64,000 nucleotides of DNA from Octopus bimaculoides (taxonomy: Eukaryota): the NCBI RefSeq assembly GCF_001194135.2, contig NC_068984.1:133489498-133553497 (forward strand), in the 5' to 3' direction. Below are positions 13,126 to 25,650 of the stretch, in pieces. Positions within the stretch are counted from its first letter, which is position 1, and every line of letters starts with the position of its first letter. The notes under the pieces are model-generated. The model was not told where the DNA came from. It saw only the letters and a list, made by a program, of their open reading frames with translations, and searched no databases. The translations under genes and the position numbers were made by a program.

Positions 13126-15959
13126 TAAAACAATATTGCAAACCAATCTGTTTTTACTAAAACCTAAATGGTCACTCAACCTGCCAGAATTAGCAGCCTA
13201 AGCTTTCTCAAATCACAAATCTACCATCTTAAGAAAAGGAAGGAGGCATTGGATAACATAGTCCTAGGTACACAAGGACTGGTAAAAAATATTGGATGGA
13301 TAGTCACAGCCAGAATTGCTTTTAATCCTTTTAATACCAACCTATCCAAAACCACCTTGGCTCCATGATACAAACTTTCGGATTTGAAGTGATCTAAATT
13401 AAAACCTGTCATCAAAATTCCATGTTAATTTTATGTTCCAAACATCAATTTAATAAGGACAAAATTACTTTACTAAATATTTCCTTATATTCAAAATTGA
13501 CTGAAACAAGGTATGTATTTCAAGAAAAATTTGGTAATGGAATGGTCGATAATATTGCTTGCCCAGGCTCACTAAAGCTAAACAACATAAAATGAGTGTT
13601 TCCAAAAACTCAACATTTGAGCAAATACTTCTAAGTTACTATTTTAATGGTTTTGATCTCTTATATATCAGTTGGTATCTATCTTCGTTCCAGCCACCCC
13701 CACTTAACTCTTCTATAACAAGACACCTAGGCTTGTCCTTCTATTATACTTTAGCCTCTCAACACCTGGCCTGAAACCACTTTCCCACCTCTCACAACTT
13801 AGTCAATGGCTTCTTTTCTGCTTTCTTCTTGTCTTGCAAGTTGGTGACTTTGCTTGTGTGAATAGCACAAAAAATGCATCCAGTATTCATTGTAAAGTAG
13901 TTGGCATTAGAAAGAACATCCAAAGAAACCATGCCAAAGCTGATATTGAAGCTCAATGCAGCCCTGAGGCCTGCCAGATCCTTTCAAACCATCCAAAGGG
14001 GGCAGTGAGGCACAACATAATTAACATACTAAATTTTACCTATTGTAGTAATTATATCAAACATAATAAAACGAATGATAATTAAAATAAAATAAGAGAA
14101 AAGTCATTAACTTGGAATGCATAAAGTAAATTTACAATTTTTGTCTATTAACTTTCATCATTTCACTGTTAAAAGGTTATACAATCCATTTTTTGAGCAA
14201 AATTTATAAATTAGCATTCATGTTAAGTCAGTTTAGTTGTGATGTGTTACTCACCACTTAAGTGGACACAAGACATAGCTACTAAAAAAAGGGATGATAC
14301 AAAAAAAAAGGGGGGGGTAAGGATCACTATTATAAACTCAGACATTATCAATACAAGACAACACACAATATGGTCATAAGTTAAAAGAATTATGAGATTA
14401 CTCTGCCTGCGAGAGTTCGGCTAACTGACAATATCCACTAAATATTCTTTGAGTGATTAGTGTGAGGAAAAGCAGCAATTTGAATAATAATCAATTGTGC
14501 AAATTTACAAGAAAATCTGACTGGTTTAACATGAAAAAAAATGAATATCAATAGTATAAAGAGAAAAAAAACTCTTTGTTTAGACAGTCTCTTCTGAAAC
14601 AGACAATAGAATTTGCAAGCTATGAATGAAAAATTTATTCTAAATATTTTAATGACAGCTGTAAAAAAATGATTTAGTCTATGCAGTCCAAAACTGAATC
14701 TGTTATCTAACATATGTTTGACTTTCATAGTGACTGACCTAATATATACAAACCAAATAGTGATGACTAAACAAAGCAATATTGTTGTAAGTGAAACTAG
14801 AGTAAAATAATAGGAGACAGTGTGAAGACTTGAAGACAGAGCGAGGAACACAGCATTGAATTTTTGAAGAGATAGAATGTCTTAAATTCAATTAGATATT
14901 CTCACTAGTCAGATAAATAATACTTTGACCAGAATCTTCAACGAATGGTTAAAAAAAAAAGAAAAAGAAAAAAAGCTGGACTGTATCTTCAATTGGTATA
15001 GAGTACCAAGCAAGTGTCTTGGTACCTGAGAACTGCTATCATATAACAGTAATTACAAAAGCGATTTATTTAGGTTGCATTTAATTGGAATGGAGCCAGA
15101 AAATAGTCCACTTAATGTAGCTTCATATTACAGTTCCAGTATACCATAAAGAAGCTATATCTGTAGAGATATCATAAGATCTCATTTTCCATTGTCTATA
15201 AATGTGAAAAACTAAAATCCTTATGCTCATGCTGGTAGAGATCCAGAGTCAAAAAACTTTAAAAGTAAATGATTGCATGGAAAACAAAAAGTCAGATAAA
15301 AATATAAGCAGAACCTTCACACAGACCAAGTTTTTTGTTCATAATCCTTTTCTCAGTAAAAATTTGAATTTTGTGTATATTTACAATTTAGCAAATTTAC
15401 CATTTCCTGTGAGAAAATTTTGCCCACATTAAAACCTGAAGTACCTACAAATAAATTTACTAAAAATTCGCATGAAAAATAAAGCCTGAACCATATCACA
15501 AAAATTAATGACTCTCTCAACAGATGTACATCTACAGAACTTCGCTAATACTTAAAAGGCTAAACAAACCAAAATATTTCTTCCAATCAAATATCTTGTC
15601 TCATTACACAAATACACCGAACAGTTTTTTTTCCTTTATAATCTTGAAGACCACACACACAAGTTTACCTACATTTTCGACTTGATCCTTATCATCACAC
15701 AGATGTCTCAAACAAGTGTTCACCTTGTCAACAACTGTTGGTACGTGTAAACCCTTCTCACACAGATGTTTGGCATTTGCCATATTATCAGTCTGTTGCA
15801 AGTGTCGTATATCCAAGATATCAGTTTTCAGTTTCTGTATGACTCTTTCTTTCTTTGCATAAATCTGCAACCTAGTTATGATACTTGTACTACTGGGTAG
15901 GTTTCCATTACTATTTAGTTATGATAAAGGAGTGAAAAATGGCCATAGTTCTGATATTA

Positions 15960-16402
15960 CTCTTTTACTCGTTTCAGTTATTTGACTGCAGCCATGCTGG
16001 AGCACCGCCTTTAGTCGAGTAAATCGACCCTAGGACTCATTCTTTGTAAGCCTAGCACTTATTCTATCGGTCTCTTTTGCCGAACCGCTAGTGTTGCGGG
16101 GACGTAAGCACACCAGCATCAGTTGTTAAGCGGTGTTGGGGGAACAAACACAGACACACAAACATATATATATATATACGACGGGATTCTTTCAGTTTCT
16201 GTCTACCAAATTCACTCACAAGGCTTTGGTCGACCCGAGGCTATAGTAGAGGACACTTGCCCAANNNNNNNNNNCACTCACAAGGCTTTGGTCGACCCGA
16301 GGCTATAGTAGAGGACACTTGCCCAAGGTGCCACGCAGTGGGACTGAACCCAGAACCATGTGGTTGGTAAGCATGCTACTTACCACACAGCCACTCCTGC
16401 AC
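15960..16402 (-). mobile_element. tRNA-derived SINE, major family (contains a 10-N gap)
   Basis: Reverse complement of 5703-6095. Confidence 0.9.
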
Positions 16403-17644
16403 CTATTGTAAATATTGTAAATCTTATAAGAAAAAATGTAACTTAGTTTGACAATGTCTTATATTGTTTTAAGTCTTTTGATGAGATTGAAAGATATTCC
16501 CTAGAATCCAATAGGGATACCATTCTATGGTTGACAGAAGTCAAATATTTACCAAATCAGAATCTATTGTTAAAAACGTAAGCACAAATTGGATAATGTA
16601 TGGCTGGATATACTATATTAAGACAGGAGCTTCAAACAAACATGTTTCAGCATAGACCTGCAGCTTGAACAGAGCTAGTCTGGGACTAAGCAACAAGATA
16701 TTCCCACCTATAACACTTATTTATCTAGTTATATATTTGATATAAGACATTTAAACAGTTGGTATTCATTCGAAAACATAAATGGAAAAAATTTACTCTA
16801 CTTAACAGCTACACACAATCTTCAAGTCTTATGATAACATGCAGCTCTACTTTGAAGTGAATATAGATTTAATGTTTTTGCTGTACATTGAATTACATAA
16901 TCACCACTTCAGATTGTTGAAAATCTATCCGATATGTAAAGGTTATTCACAAAAGACCACAGAGCTAATGAGACCCAAATGGACTGTAATTGTGATACTT
17001 CAAATTCCAGACATGTGCTGCTTGCTTTCAAGTGAAGAGGTTAACTGCAAAATTCCTATGCCAACAAACCTCTATACGGCCACTCAACTTGCTAGGAATA
17101 GCAATCAAATCTTCCTCAAACCATACTAACATTTCTTTTAAAAAATACATTGGCTAATGTAGACCAAGGTATAATGCTTGAAAATAAAAAAAAAGATGGG
17201 ATGGGTGTAGATGGAATGCTGATGATCATACATCTAAGATTTAGCAACAATTCCTAAATTCATTACCAAATGTTTTCATATAAAACTATTCTAATTGTGT
17301 TTTAGTGAATTTTTCTATACATCACCTGTAATGCACCTGGACACAGTGATATTTCCTGGTGTCATTAGGTGTTCTGGGTCTTCCGAAATCAGACACCTCG
17401 CTAAGGCAACCCAACCGGGTTTGATCAAGCTCTACCTTGTCTCCAGTCAACAATAGCCCCGGTAACCCTCCCTCTTCCATAGCTTGCAATTCCTGATCCA
17501 CAGTTACCTTGAAGCAACCTCCGTTTTCTCCACAGTCAACCTGATGGATAATTTTTCCACCTGCTGGCCTCCATGATGCAAGGAAGCTGCAGGCTCTGCA
17601 AAGAGATTAGTATGCAAACCCTCTGCACCACACCAAGGCAGCAA

Positions 17645-18050
17645 GCTGGCAGAAACGTTAGCGGTATTTCGTCTGCCGCTACGTTCTGAGTTCAAATTCC
17701 GCCGAGGTCGACTTTGCCTTTCATCCTTTCGGGGTTGATTAAATAAGTACCAGTTACGCACTGGGGATCAATATAATCGACTTAATTCACTTGTCTGTCC
17801 TTGTTTGTCCCCACTGTGTGTAGCCCCTTGTGGGCAGTAAAAAAATAAGAAACGTTAGCACGCTGGGCGAAATGCTTATCAGTATTTGCCTGTCTATGTT
17901 CTGAGTTCAAATCCCACTGAGGTCGACTTTGCCCTTTCATCCTTTCGGGGTTGATAAGTACCAGTTGTGTACTGGAGTCAATCTAATCGACTGGACCCCT
18001 CCTCAAAAATTTCGGGCCTTGTGCTTAGTTTAGAAAAGATTATTTGCAAA
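17645..18050 (+). mobile_element. Two adjacent or nested SINEs (Deu/Nin-domain-like core)
   Basis: Two copies of GTTCTGAGTTCAAAT..GAGGTCGACTTTGCCTTTCATCCTTTCGGGGTTGAT..AAGTACCAG. Confidence 0.8.
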
Positions 18051-19579
18051 TCAAGTGACCGTTTAGACATTCTAAAACAAGGCAGTGGTTTCAGTACTAT
18101 CACAGACTAATTTCAAAGTTAGTACTAACTACATGATACAGTGCTACCAAGTTCCGACTAATTACAGATAGTTGGAACAATGGAAGATAATAGAAAAAAC
18201 ATGTTATATAATATATTCACATCTAAATAAAACTATCAAGCATAATTTTATGCAAGAACCTTTTGTTAGCTTATGTTTCAACACTAGATTAATATTGAAA
18301 TAAATGTAAAAATATTTTAAATTCTTCTGAATTTTTGATTATTTTCAAAATAAGCAGCGCATTTGATTAGAAATATGGTTATGAAATAGTTAAAATTAAA
18401 ACCAATAAAATAAGAATTTTATGCAAGAAGAATACTGAAAGAAAAAAAAAGTGGCTCAAAGGAGGTATTCCACCATAAAATGAATAGCTCAGCAATTCAT
18501 TATGGAATGCATTAAAATATTGGTTGTTCTGTAAAAGACAAACATAAAAAGTGTGTGTGTTTAAAAGGGAGAGGAAGAGCTGAAGTTTAAAAAAAAAATT
18601 AAAAGTTAAAATGTTAAACAAATTAAAAAGACAAAAGTTTAATATTGTTCAGTTCTTGAGACACACAGACAGAAAAATATGACTAATTAAATGAGAAATT
18701 GTCAGCAATAAATAAACAAAACAGTTGTCCAGAAACTGTAAATGGAGAGTTAATGAGATTAAAATGAGAAAAGTCTATTATCTTGATATTAGAGCTGACA
18801 TATTTTAAAACTAAAAACTGGAGTTGAAGAGGAGAAAATTTATGAGAGAAGATATGAAAGAGAGAAGAGAGAACGAAGAGTTAAGCAGTATTCAGTCTCG
18901 GTCGTCATGACGACATGAAAACTGAATGTCAAGTGCCAATCACAATAGCATCGATAATAAAGAGCAGCATATAATTTCAAGACAAGTGAAGATTATCAAT
19001 ACCACTTGCATCCTTCACATATTTCAAGCTAGCTGTGTCAGCTGAAGAGGAGAAGACCACTGAAGTAGCAAGAAATTAAAAGTGAAAAAGCACACTTGGT
19101 ATTTATTAGGAGGCTATAAAACAGCTGCAGTGGTGACAGCAAGGATATTTTAATAACTACAGAAGATCGAGTGGTGTTGTCTCATGTATTCGTTGCATAT
19201 TTTATTAAAAAAAAAAAAAAAAATTAGGGGAACAGTATCAAATTTCATACACAACCAAGTTAATTCTTCCAATATGAGATCATGTTAGTTGGTGTGAAAC
19301 AGCTGCTATAACAGTTGCATAAGCATCATTAGATAATTAGGATTTAACAAAAACAACCCAGGTGAGTGGTGTCATTACACGTGCTGATGCACAGAAATCA
19401 CAACAGCTATTTCAAATATCAATGCTGATAAAAACTAAGGATGACTAAATCAAAAGGAAAAAATATTTCAATAAAGATTTTAAAGTAGAGACAGTAGCAC
19501 ACCATTTTCTAACAGTAGCAATTAAGATAAAGATCATACTAACAAGTGCATATATATATATATATATTTTTTTAAAAAA

Positions 19580-20033
19580 TTGTTTCAGTCATTTGACTGC
19601 GGCCATGCTGGAGCACCACCTTCAGTCGAGTAAATCGACCCCAGGTCTTATTCTTTGTAAGCCTAGTACTTATTCTATCGGTCACTTTTTGCCAAACTGC
19701 TAAGTTACGGGGACGTAAACACACCAGCCTCGGTTGTCAAGCGATGGTGGTGGGACAAACAGACAAACAAACACACATATATNNNNNNNNNNNNNNNNNN
19801 NNNNNNNNNNNNNNNNNNNNNNNNNNNNNNNNNNNNATATATATATATATATATATATACATATATATACGACGGGCTTCTTTCAGTTTCCGTCTACCAA
19901 ATCCACTCACAAGGCTTTGGTCGGCCTGAGGCTATAGTGGAAGAGACTTGCCCAAGATGCCACGCAGTGGGACTGAACCCGAAACCATGTGGTTCGTAAG
20001 CAAGATACTTACCACACAGCCACAGCTACGCCT
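19580..20033 (-). mobile_element. tRNA-derived SINE, major family
   Basis: Reverse complement of 5703-6095, with an N gap in its microsatellite. Confidence 0.9.
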
Positions 20034-20040
20034 AGGATTA

Positions 20041-20132
20041 CGCCCGCAGAGGGATTTGAACCTGCGACCCTCAGATTACTTCTAAGCTTGACTTATAAAA
20101 GTCTGATGCTCTACCGACTGAGCAAATATCCT
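20041..20132 (-). pseudogene. tRNA-Lys(UUU)-like sequence with a 19-nt intron and broken acceptor stem
   Basis: GCTCAGTCGGTAGAGCA-TCAGA-CT-TTT-A-[TAAGTCAAGCTTAGAAGTA]-A-TCTGA-GGGTCGCAGGTTCAAATCCCTCTGCGGGCG. D arm and anticodon arm match tRNA-Lys(UUU). The 5' acceptor strand does not pair and the T stem has two mismatches. Confidence 0.8.
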
Positions 20133-21622
20133 GCTAGAAATAGCAGCCATATCACCAAATCATGCATCCCATGAGATAAAACAAAAGCTGGGATCAGACT
20201 AGAAGAAATTTGCAAAGAGGAAAGGGGATGAAAACTTTGTAGTCTCACATAAACCCATTATTTTAGCAGACAAAAAAAGGATATTCAACTCTTCCAAAAA
20301 CTGTTCAGCATGTGTGTGAGGTCCTATGTATGATTGCCACACTGCTTTTCCAAAAAGCAGATCACAAGGGACATATTTAAGATGTTTTACATTAACTAAA
20401 TAGAACTTGTACAGGGGTTATCAGTACAAATATGCCACACTTGAGATGGAAAGAATATTCCAAAGATACCCAAACTATAAAGATTTTGACTCAGAATTAT
20501 GTTTTCTAGAGTAACAACTAGCGAGACAAGGCAACCACCAAACCTTTATTTATAAGCTGAATTATATATATATACGCTAGCATGGAAGGCAGACATTAAA
20601 CGATGATGATTTTATATATATATATATAAATCAGTAAGCTATTTAATAAAGAACAAAATTTTAAAATAAATTTTCCAAATAAAAGTAATTAAATAAACAG
20701 TAAAAATGCTTAATTCAAAACAATTGAAATATTTGTCTTTGAAAGTATGTTGAAACACTTATGTACCATGGAAGAGTCATCATTACCAGTAATTACAGAT
20801 GCACTCATCATCATCATCATCAACATGGTTTAAACACCCACTTTTCCATGCTTGCATGGGACAAACAGAATTTGTCGAGGCAGAGTTCATACAGCCAGTT
20901 CTTGTCACCATCCCTCAACTGTTGCCAAGCAAGGTAATGTTTCCCCATTACCAGATATATTTCCATAGAAGACTAGAAACAAAACATCATTTGTATTACG
21001 TGATGTCTAGACAAGAGTACACATAAATATACATAAATATATATATATGATGGACTCTCCTGTCAAAGACAACGTATAAGTGTTTAGCTTATGCTGAATG
21101 ACCTGTATGAAGTATTTGTTAATAGTAACTAAATCTAGGTGTTGTACATTAGCCCACTCCCTCCATTAAATCGATGTTGCCTGAACAGGTGCATGGTGTA
21201 CATGCATCAGCTGTCAAAGAGATCACAGAGCAACACGAGATAAAGTGTTTTGCTCAAGAACACAATGCACCACCCAGCCTAGGAATTGAAACCATGATAT
21301 TGTGATCATGAGTGCAACATCCTAACCACTAGGTCATGCATCCTCATTTATATACATACATATACACACCCATATGTGATGGGCTTCTTTTAGTTTCCAT
21401 CAATCACATCTACTCACAAGGCTTTGGCTAACCTGGGGCTATAGTAGAAGACATTTGCCCAAGTGTCATTCAATGGAACTGAATCAAAGACTACATACTT
21501 GTGAAACGAGCTTCTTAACCACATAGGCATGTCTGCACAGTTGTAGCTATTTCCACTTCTTTACTATATGACCATTGCATTGATTTTTAGCAAATAGTTC
21601 ACAGTTGTTTCATGTAAGACTA

Positions 21623-21941
21623 CGTGGAGGCGCAATGGCCCAGTGGTTAGGGCAGTGGACTCGCGGTTCCGATTCCCAGACCGGGCGTTGTGAGTGTTTA
21701 TTGAGCGAAAACACCTAAAGCTCCACGAGGCTCCGGCAGGGGATGGTGGCGAACTCTGCTGTACTCTTCCACCACAACTTTCTCCCTGTTTCTGTTGTAC
21801 CTGTAATTCAAAGGGTCAGCCTTGTCACGTGTCTGTGGAGTGCTCAGCCACTTGCACGTTAATTTCACGAGCAGGCTGTTCCGTTGATCAGATCAACTGA
21901 AACCCTCATCGTTATAACTGACGGAGTGCCATCAACAACAG
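21623..21941 (+). mobile_element. tRNA-derived SINE, second family, with 12-bp TSD
   Basis: Head GGAGGCGCAATGGCCCAGTGGTTAGG, (CAA)n tail, TSD CATGTAAGACTA at 21611-21622 and 21942-21953. Confidence 0.9.
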
Positions 21942-22199
21942 CATGTAAGACTATGATATGAACAACCAAGCCCTGAGTCAGCCTCTACCCAGCAGACTCA
22001 AGATTAAAAGCACTGCATATATAACCAACTCATTACTTCTTCAGACTTAGTATAGCCAGGATCATATTATCCAATGAGCTCTTTCTAGTTCTAAGAATGT
22101 AAAATGGAAAATTTTCTTGGAGGATGTCAAACAATCATGTAGAGCCTTTATGGCTTGATCCTGCAAATATTTTTGAAAAAGATATACTCACTGACTGGT

Positions 22200-23060
22200 G
22201 TAGCAGCATTATAGTCAATTGATACAGAGAGGAGACGTTGGAGAGGACTAATTACAGAGATATTACATTGTTGGACGAAATCTTGAAAGCTACAGAAAGA
22301 GTTGTGCCACAACTACTTAGGAAAAGTTTTAGACCAAATGAGAAGCAATTTTGTTTTGTGACAGGAAGAAGTGTCATGGATGCTTTCTTCCTAGCGAGGC
22401 AATGGCAGGAGAAATATTAAGCCACAAGTAAACTGCTATACTTGGCTTTCATTGACCTGCAGAATTTGATAGAGTCTTTTGCTTTCTGATCTGGGGGGTT
22501 TCTGCAGAAACTAGTTGTAAATGAGTATCTGATGAGAATTTACAAAATTTATAGTGGCAAATATAGTGAGCATGTTGGAGTTCACCAGAGTTCATCCCAC
22601 AATCCCCTTCTATTACCTCCACCTTAGCAAAGGCAGAGGTAATGTTTTCAGTTGTGTTTGTTTGTCTGTCTGTGGACAAGATATCTCAAGAACCGCTGGA
22701 TGGATTTGGATGAAACTTTCAGGGATGTTTGGCCTCGTGATTGGCATGAACTGATTAGATTTTGGGATCAATCCAGTACCGGACAAGGATTCTGGGTTAT
22801 TTTTCCTGTTTTTTTACTTTTTGAGAGCAGCTGGATTCATTTTTATTATTCTCTTTTGTGAGAGCAATCGAGTTTATTTCAGATATTCTTATTTTAAAAA
22901 TTATCTCCAGCTAATCATTGAGAGGACGTTATTGTTGCTTTGGCAGAGGTTTGCACTTTCTGAATGCTCTTGTTTATTATTATTCTCGAGGCCATATCAG
23001 AAGAGTTTAAAACCAGTTGCCAATGGGAACTCCTTCATACTGACAATGGAGACAGAGGAA
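22200..23060 (+). mobile_element. Decayed RTE-type LINE RT fragment, split by a Helentron-type insertion
   Basis: NYRDITLLDEILKATERV, QFCFVTGRSVMDAFF, LYLAFIDL; after the insertion LEAISEEFKTSCQWELLHTD (degenerate ELLYADD motif). Confidence 0.8.
22611..22975 (+). mobile_element. Non-autonomous Helentron-type element (HINE/DINE-1-like)
   Basis: 5' hairpin ATTACCTC..GAGGTAAT, GTTT/GTCT microsatellite, core ATATCTCAAGAACC..GGATTTGGATGAAACTT, 3' subterminal CTTTGGCAGAGGT and short stem-loop GCA..TGC, T-rich flanks. Confidence 0.7.
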
Positions 23061-23534
23061 GATGTAGGATGCAACAGTTAAGCTTAACCTCAAGAAGAAA
23101 ATGAAGGACTGAGATGACTAGCAATTTGCTGTGCTTGAGAGAGCGCAGTCATCTCAGCAAAAAATGAGACCCTAAAAGCATATTGTTACTGTACCTTATC
23201 TATATATATGAAACCTGATCTGTATCTCTTACTCTGCAACTTCTGTCTTCCCAACACTTTGTCTCGTTCCCCCACCTACCCACCCATCCTCAATTTTCTG
23301 CCCCTATTCTCAGTCTATCTTCCTTGTATCTTGAGGGTATGCTGATACCTCATGTCCACTATCCTTTCCCCATTTCCTGCTGAGGTAGCCATGTATCTAC
23401 AGCAAGACACCTGTTCCTGTCCCTCTTTCCTACTTTAACTCTCAACACTTGGCACAATGCTACTTCTCTCAATATATAACACCCCAACCCTCAAGAGGTC
23501 TTGCCATGCACGTTACTACAACATCTAGCATACA

Positions 23535-23672
23535 CTAGATCTTTTAACGTCCGCCTTCCATGCTAGCATGGGTTGGACGATTTGACTGAGGACTGGTGAA
23601 ACCGGATGGCTACACCAGGCTCCAATCTGATTTGGCAGAGTTTCTACAGCTTGATGCCCTTCCTAACGCCAA
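23535..23672 (-). mobile_element. Retroelement 3'-end repeat (family with ATG-repeat tail)
   Basis: TTTAACGTCCGC.TTCCATGCTAGCATGGGTTGGACGATTTGACTGAGGACTGG, near-identical to 51585-51870 and 52123-52240. Confidence 0.75.
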
Positions 23673-24722
23673 ATATGGATGGTAAAAAATGATGACTATT
23701 CTAAAACAAAATTTTTTTCTTGAAAACAAATGTAATTGATGATCTAAAAGAAACCGGTGTTCCAGTTTTCAATTTTACAAGAATTTGGTAATTTTACATA
23801 GTTATGCACACACACACACACACATTGAGTAAATTTCTCTTTTACATAGATGTATAATGTGAAGCATTATGAGTGCAGGAAGAGTGTACTGTTTGTAGAA
23901 AACACAGAGAACATAATAGCTAAGTAAAAGTGAGGCCTGTTTAAGCCTCAGGTCCATCTGATTAAAGAGAGCTATGAAAGTCATTGCAACCATGACCACC
24001 CCAAAGATTTAGCAGAGGAATGGATATACACAACTACATTATCTAATATGACCTTCCCTTTTTTCCCTAAGAGTAGGGTGTGATTTGAAAGACAATTGGC
24101 CACTATTTCTAACATATTGAGCAACCAGTAAAGGCTCCCACATTAGCATTGTTGTATTTGCTCATGCAAGGATAAGAAAGAAGTCCTCACAAAAGCTCTA
24201 GAGGTAAATATGTTGCTAGATATTTAATCTCTAGTGTAATTGTCACTAAAGATCTGAAAGAAGTGATCTTGAACTCCTCCACAACTCTCATTCCATCACC
24301 CACTGCAAGCCTTTCCACTCAACTGGCACAAAACCATTTCCCTCAGGTCTACTCCCTCTCCCAGATGAGAGGTCTTCCTCTCACAAGTTAGTTGGCAACC
24401 CCACTGGTGTTGGTGCCACATAAAATGCACCTAGTACACTCTGTAAAGTGGTTGGTGTTAGCAAAGGCATCCAGCAATAGAAACCATGCCAAAGCAGACA
24501 ATGGAGCCTGGTGCAGCTGTCCAGCTTCTCTGTCAAACCATCCAACTCATGCCAGCATGAAAAACAGACATTAAATGATGATGGATCTAATCAAGAAATA
24601 GTAACACCAATTCAAGATAATCTTGACTTTCTCTTTCCCCACCAAACAGATTGAATCATTTGAGAGGTGTCTTCTCTGCAAACAACAACATACATTACCC
24701 ATTTTTTCAGCAACTCCTTTAA

Positions 24723-24986
24723 CCCTTTCGTTACCAACCCAGCTGAAACCATCTCTNNNNNNNNNNCCCTTTCGTTACCAACCCAGCTGAAACCATCTCT
24801 GGCTCTCAGTACAAATGTCTTGTTTTCATAAGTTTTGAATTAAAATATTCCACCAAACTGTAGTCACAATTTATGTTCCTAACACTGGCTGAATGATAAC
24901 CAAGTTATTTTACTAAATTCTTTGTTATATTTAAAGTAATTGAAAGAAACACAGAGCATCTCAAAATAAATACAGTAACGAAAGGG
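24723..24986. mobile_element. piggyBac-like MITE
   Basis: TTAA-CCCTTTCGTTAC ... GTAACGAAAGGG 12-bp TIR; reverse-complement relative at 60503-60724. Confidence 0.75.
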
Positions 24987-25289
24987 AGCTTGAAATTGCC
25001 ATAGTCACTAGTTGCATTAATTGTGCAACCACCAGTAGTGTTGTGTGTCAAAGCATTTACAAAATCACAATGATGAGACCAAAGCTATCTTTTTCTTGCA
25101 ATAAAGCTCTAATTACTTTGTATAGTTTTCTTTAACATTCCACCTCATTGTTTAGCTTCCAGAGAGCCCTGAACAGGTAGGCTCATCTAGGATCAACAAT
25201 GACTTGTTTTTCTATTTTACAGGCATAGTGCATATATTATACTTTTCATGGTCCTTTTTTTGACAACACAGTATCATGTGATTTGAAGG

Positions 25290-25650
25290 TGCTTTCATCA
25301 TCATTTTAAAATCCACCTTACCATACATGTGTCAGACAGAGTATGAGGCAGATGTTCTACATCCAGATGCCCTTCTGTAACCAACTCTTCCTGTTTCCCA
25401 GCAAGATATTTCCTCATGGCCAGACATGTTTTTACAGAATACTCAGAAAGGAATGACATTTGTTTACAGCAATCACGTGATGCCAAGACAAGAACACATA
25501 CACACAACAGGTTTGTTTGTCTCTGACTACCACATCCACCCACAAGGCTTTAATCAACTCAGGACCACAGTAGAAGACACCCACCCAAGGCACCAGTGTA
25601 CCTGAAACCCTGTGATCGGCAAGCAAATTTCTCAACCACTCAGCCAAGTA
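25290..25650 (-). mobile_element. Diverged tRNA-derived SINE
   Basis: Reverse-complement similarity to the 12757 family (CCACAAGGCTTT..AGTAGAAGACAC..CCCAAGGCACC). Confidence 0.65.

Noticed and set aside
14438-14851. 137-aa hydrophobic ORF
   Set aside because: F/I/L-rich translation of T-rich intronic strand; no splice or homology support.
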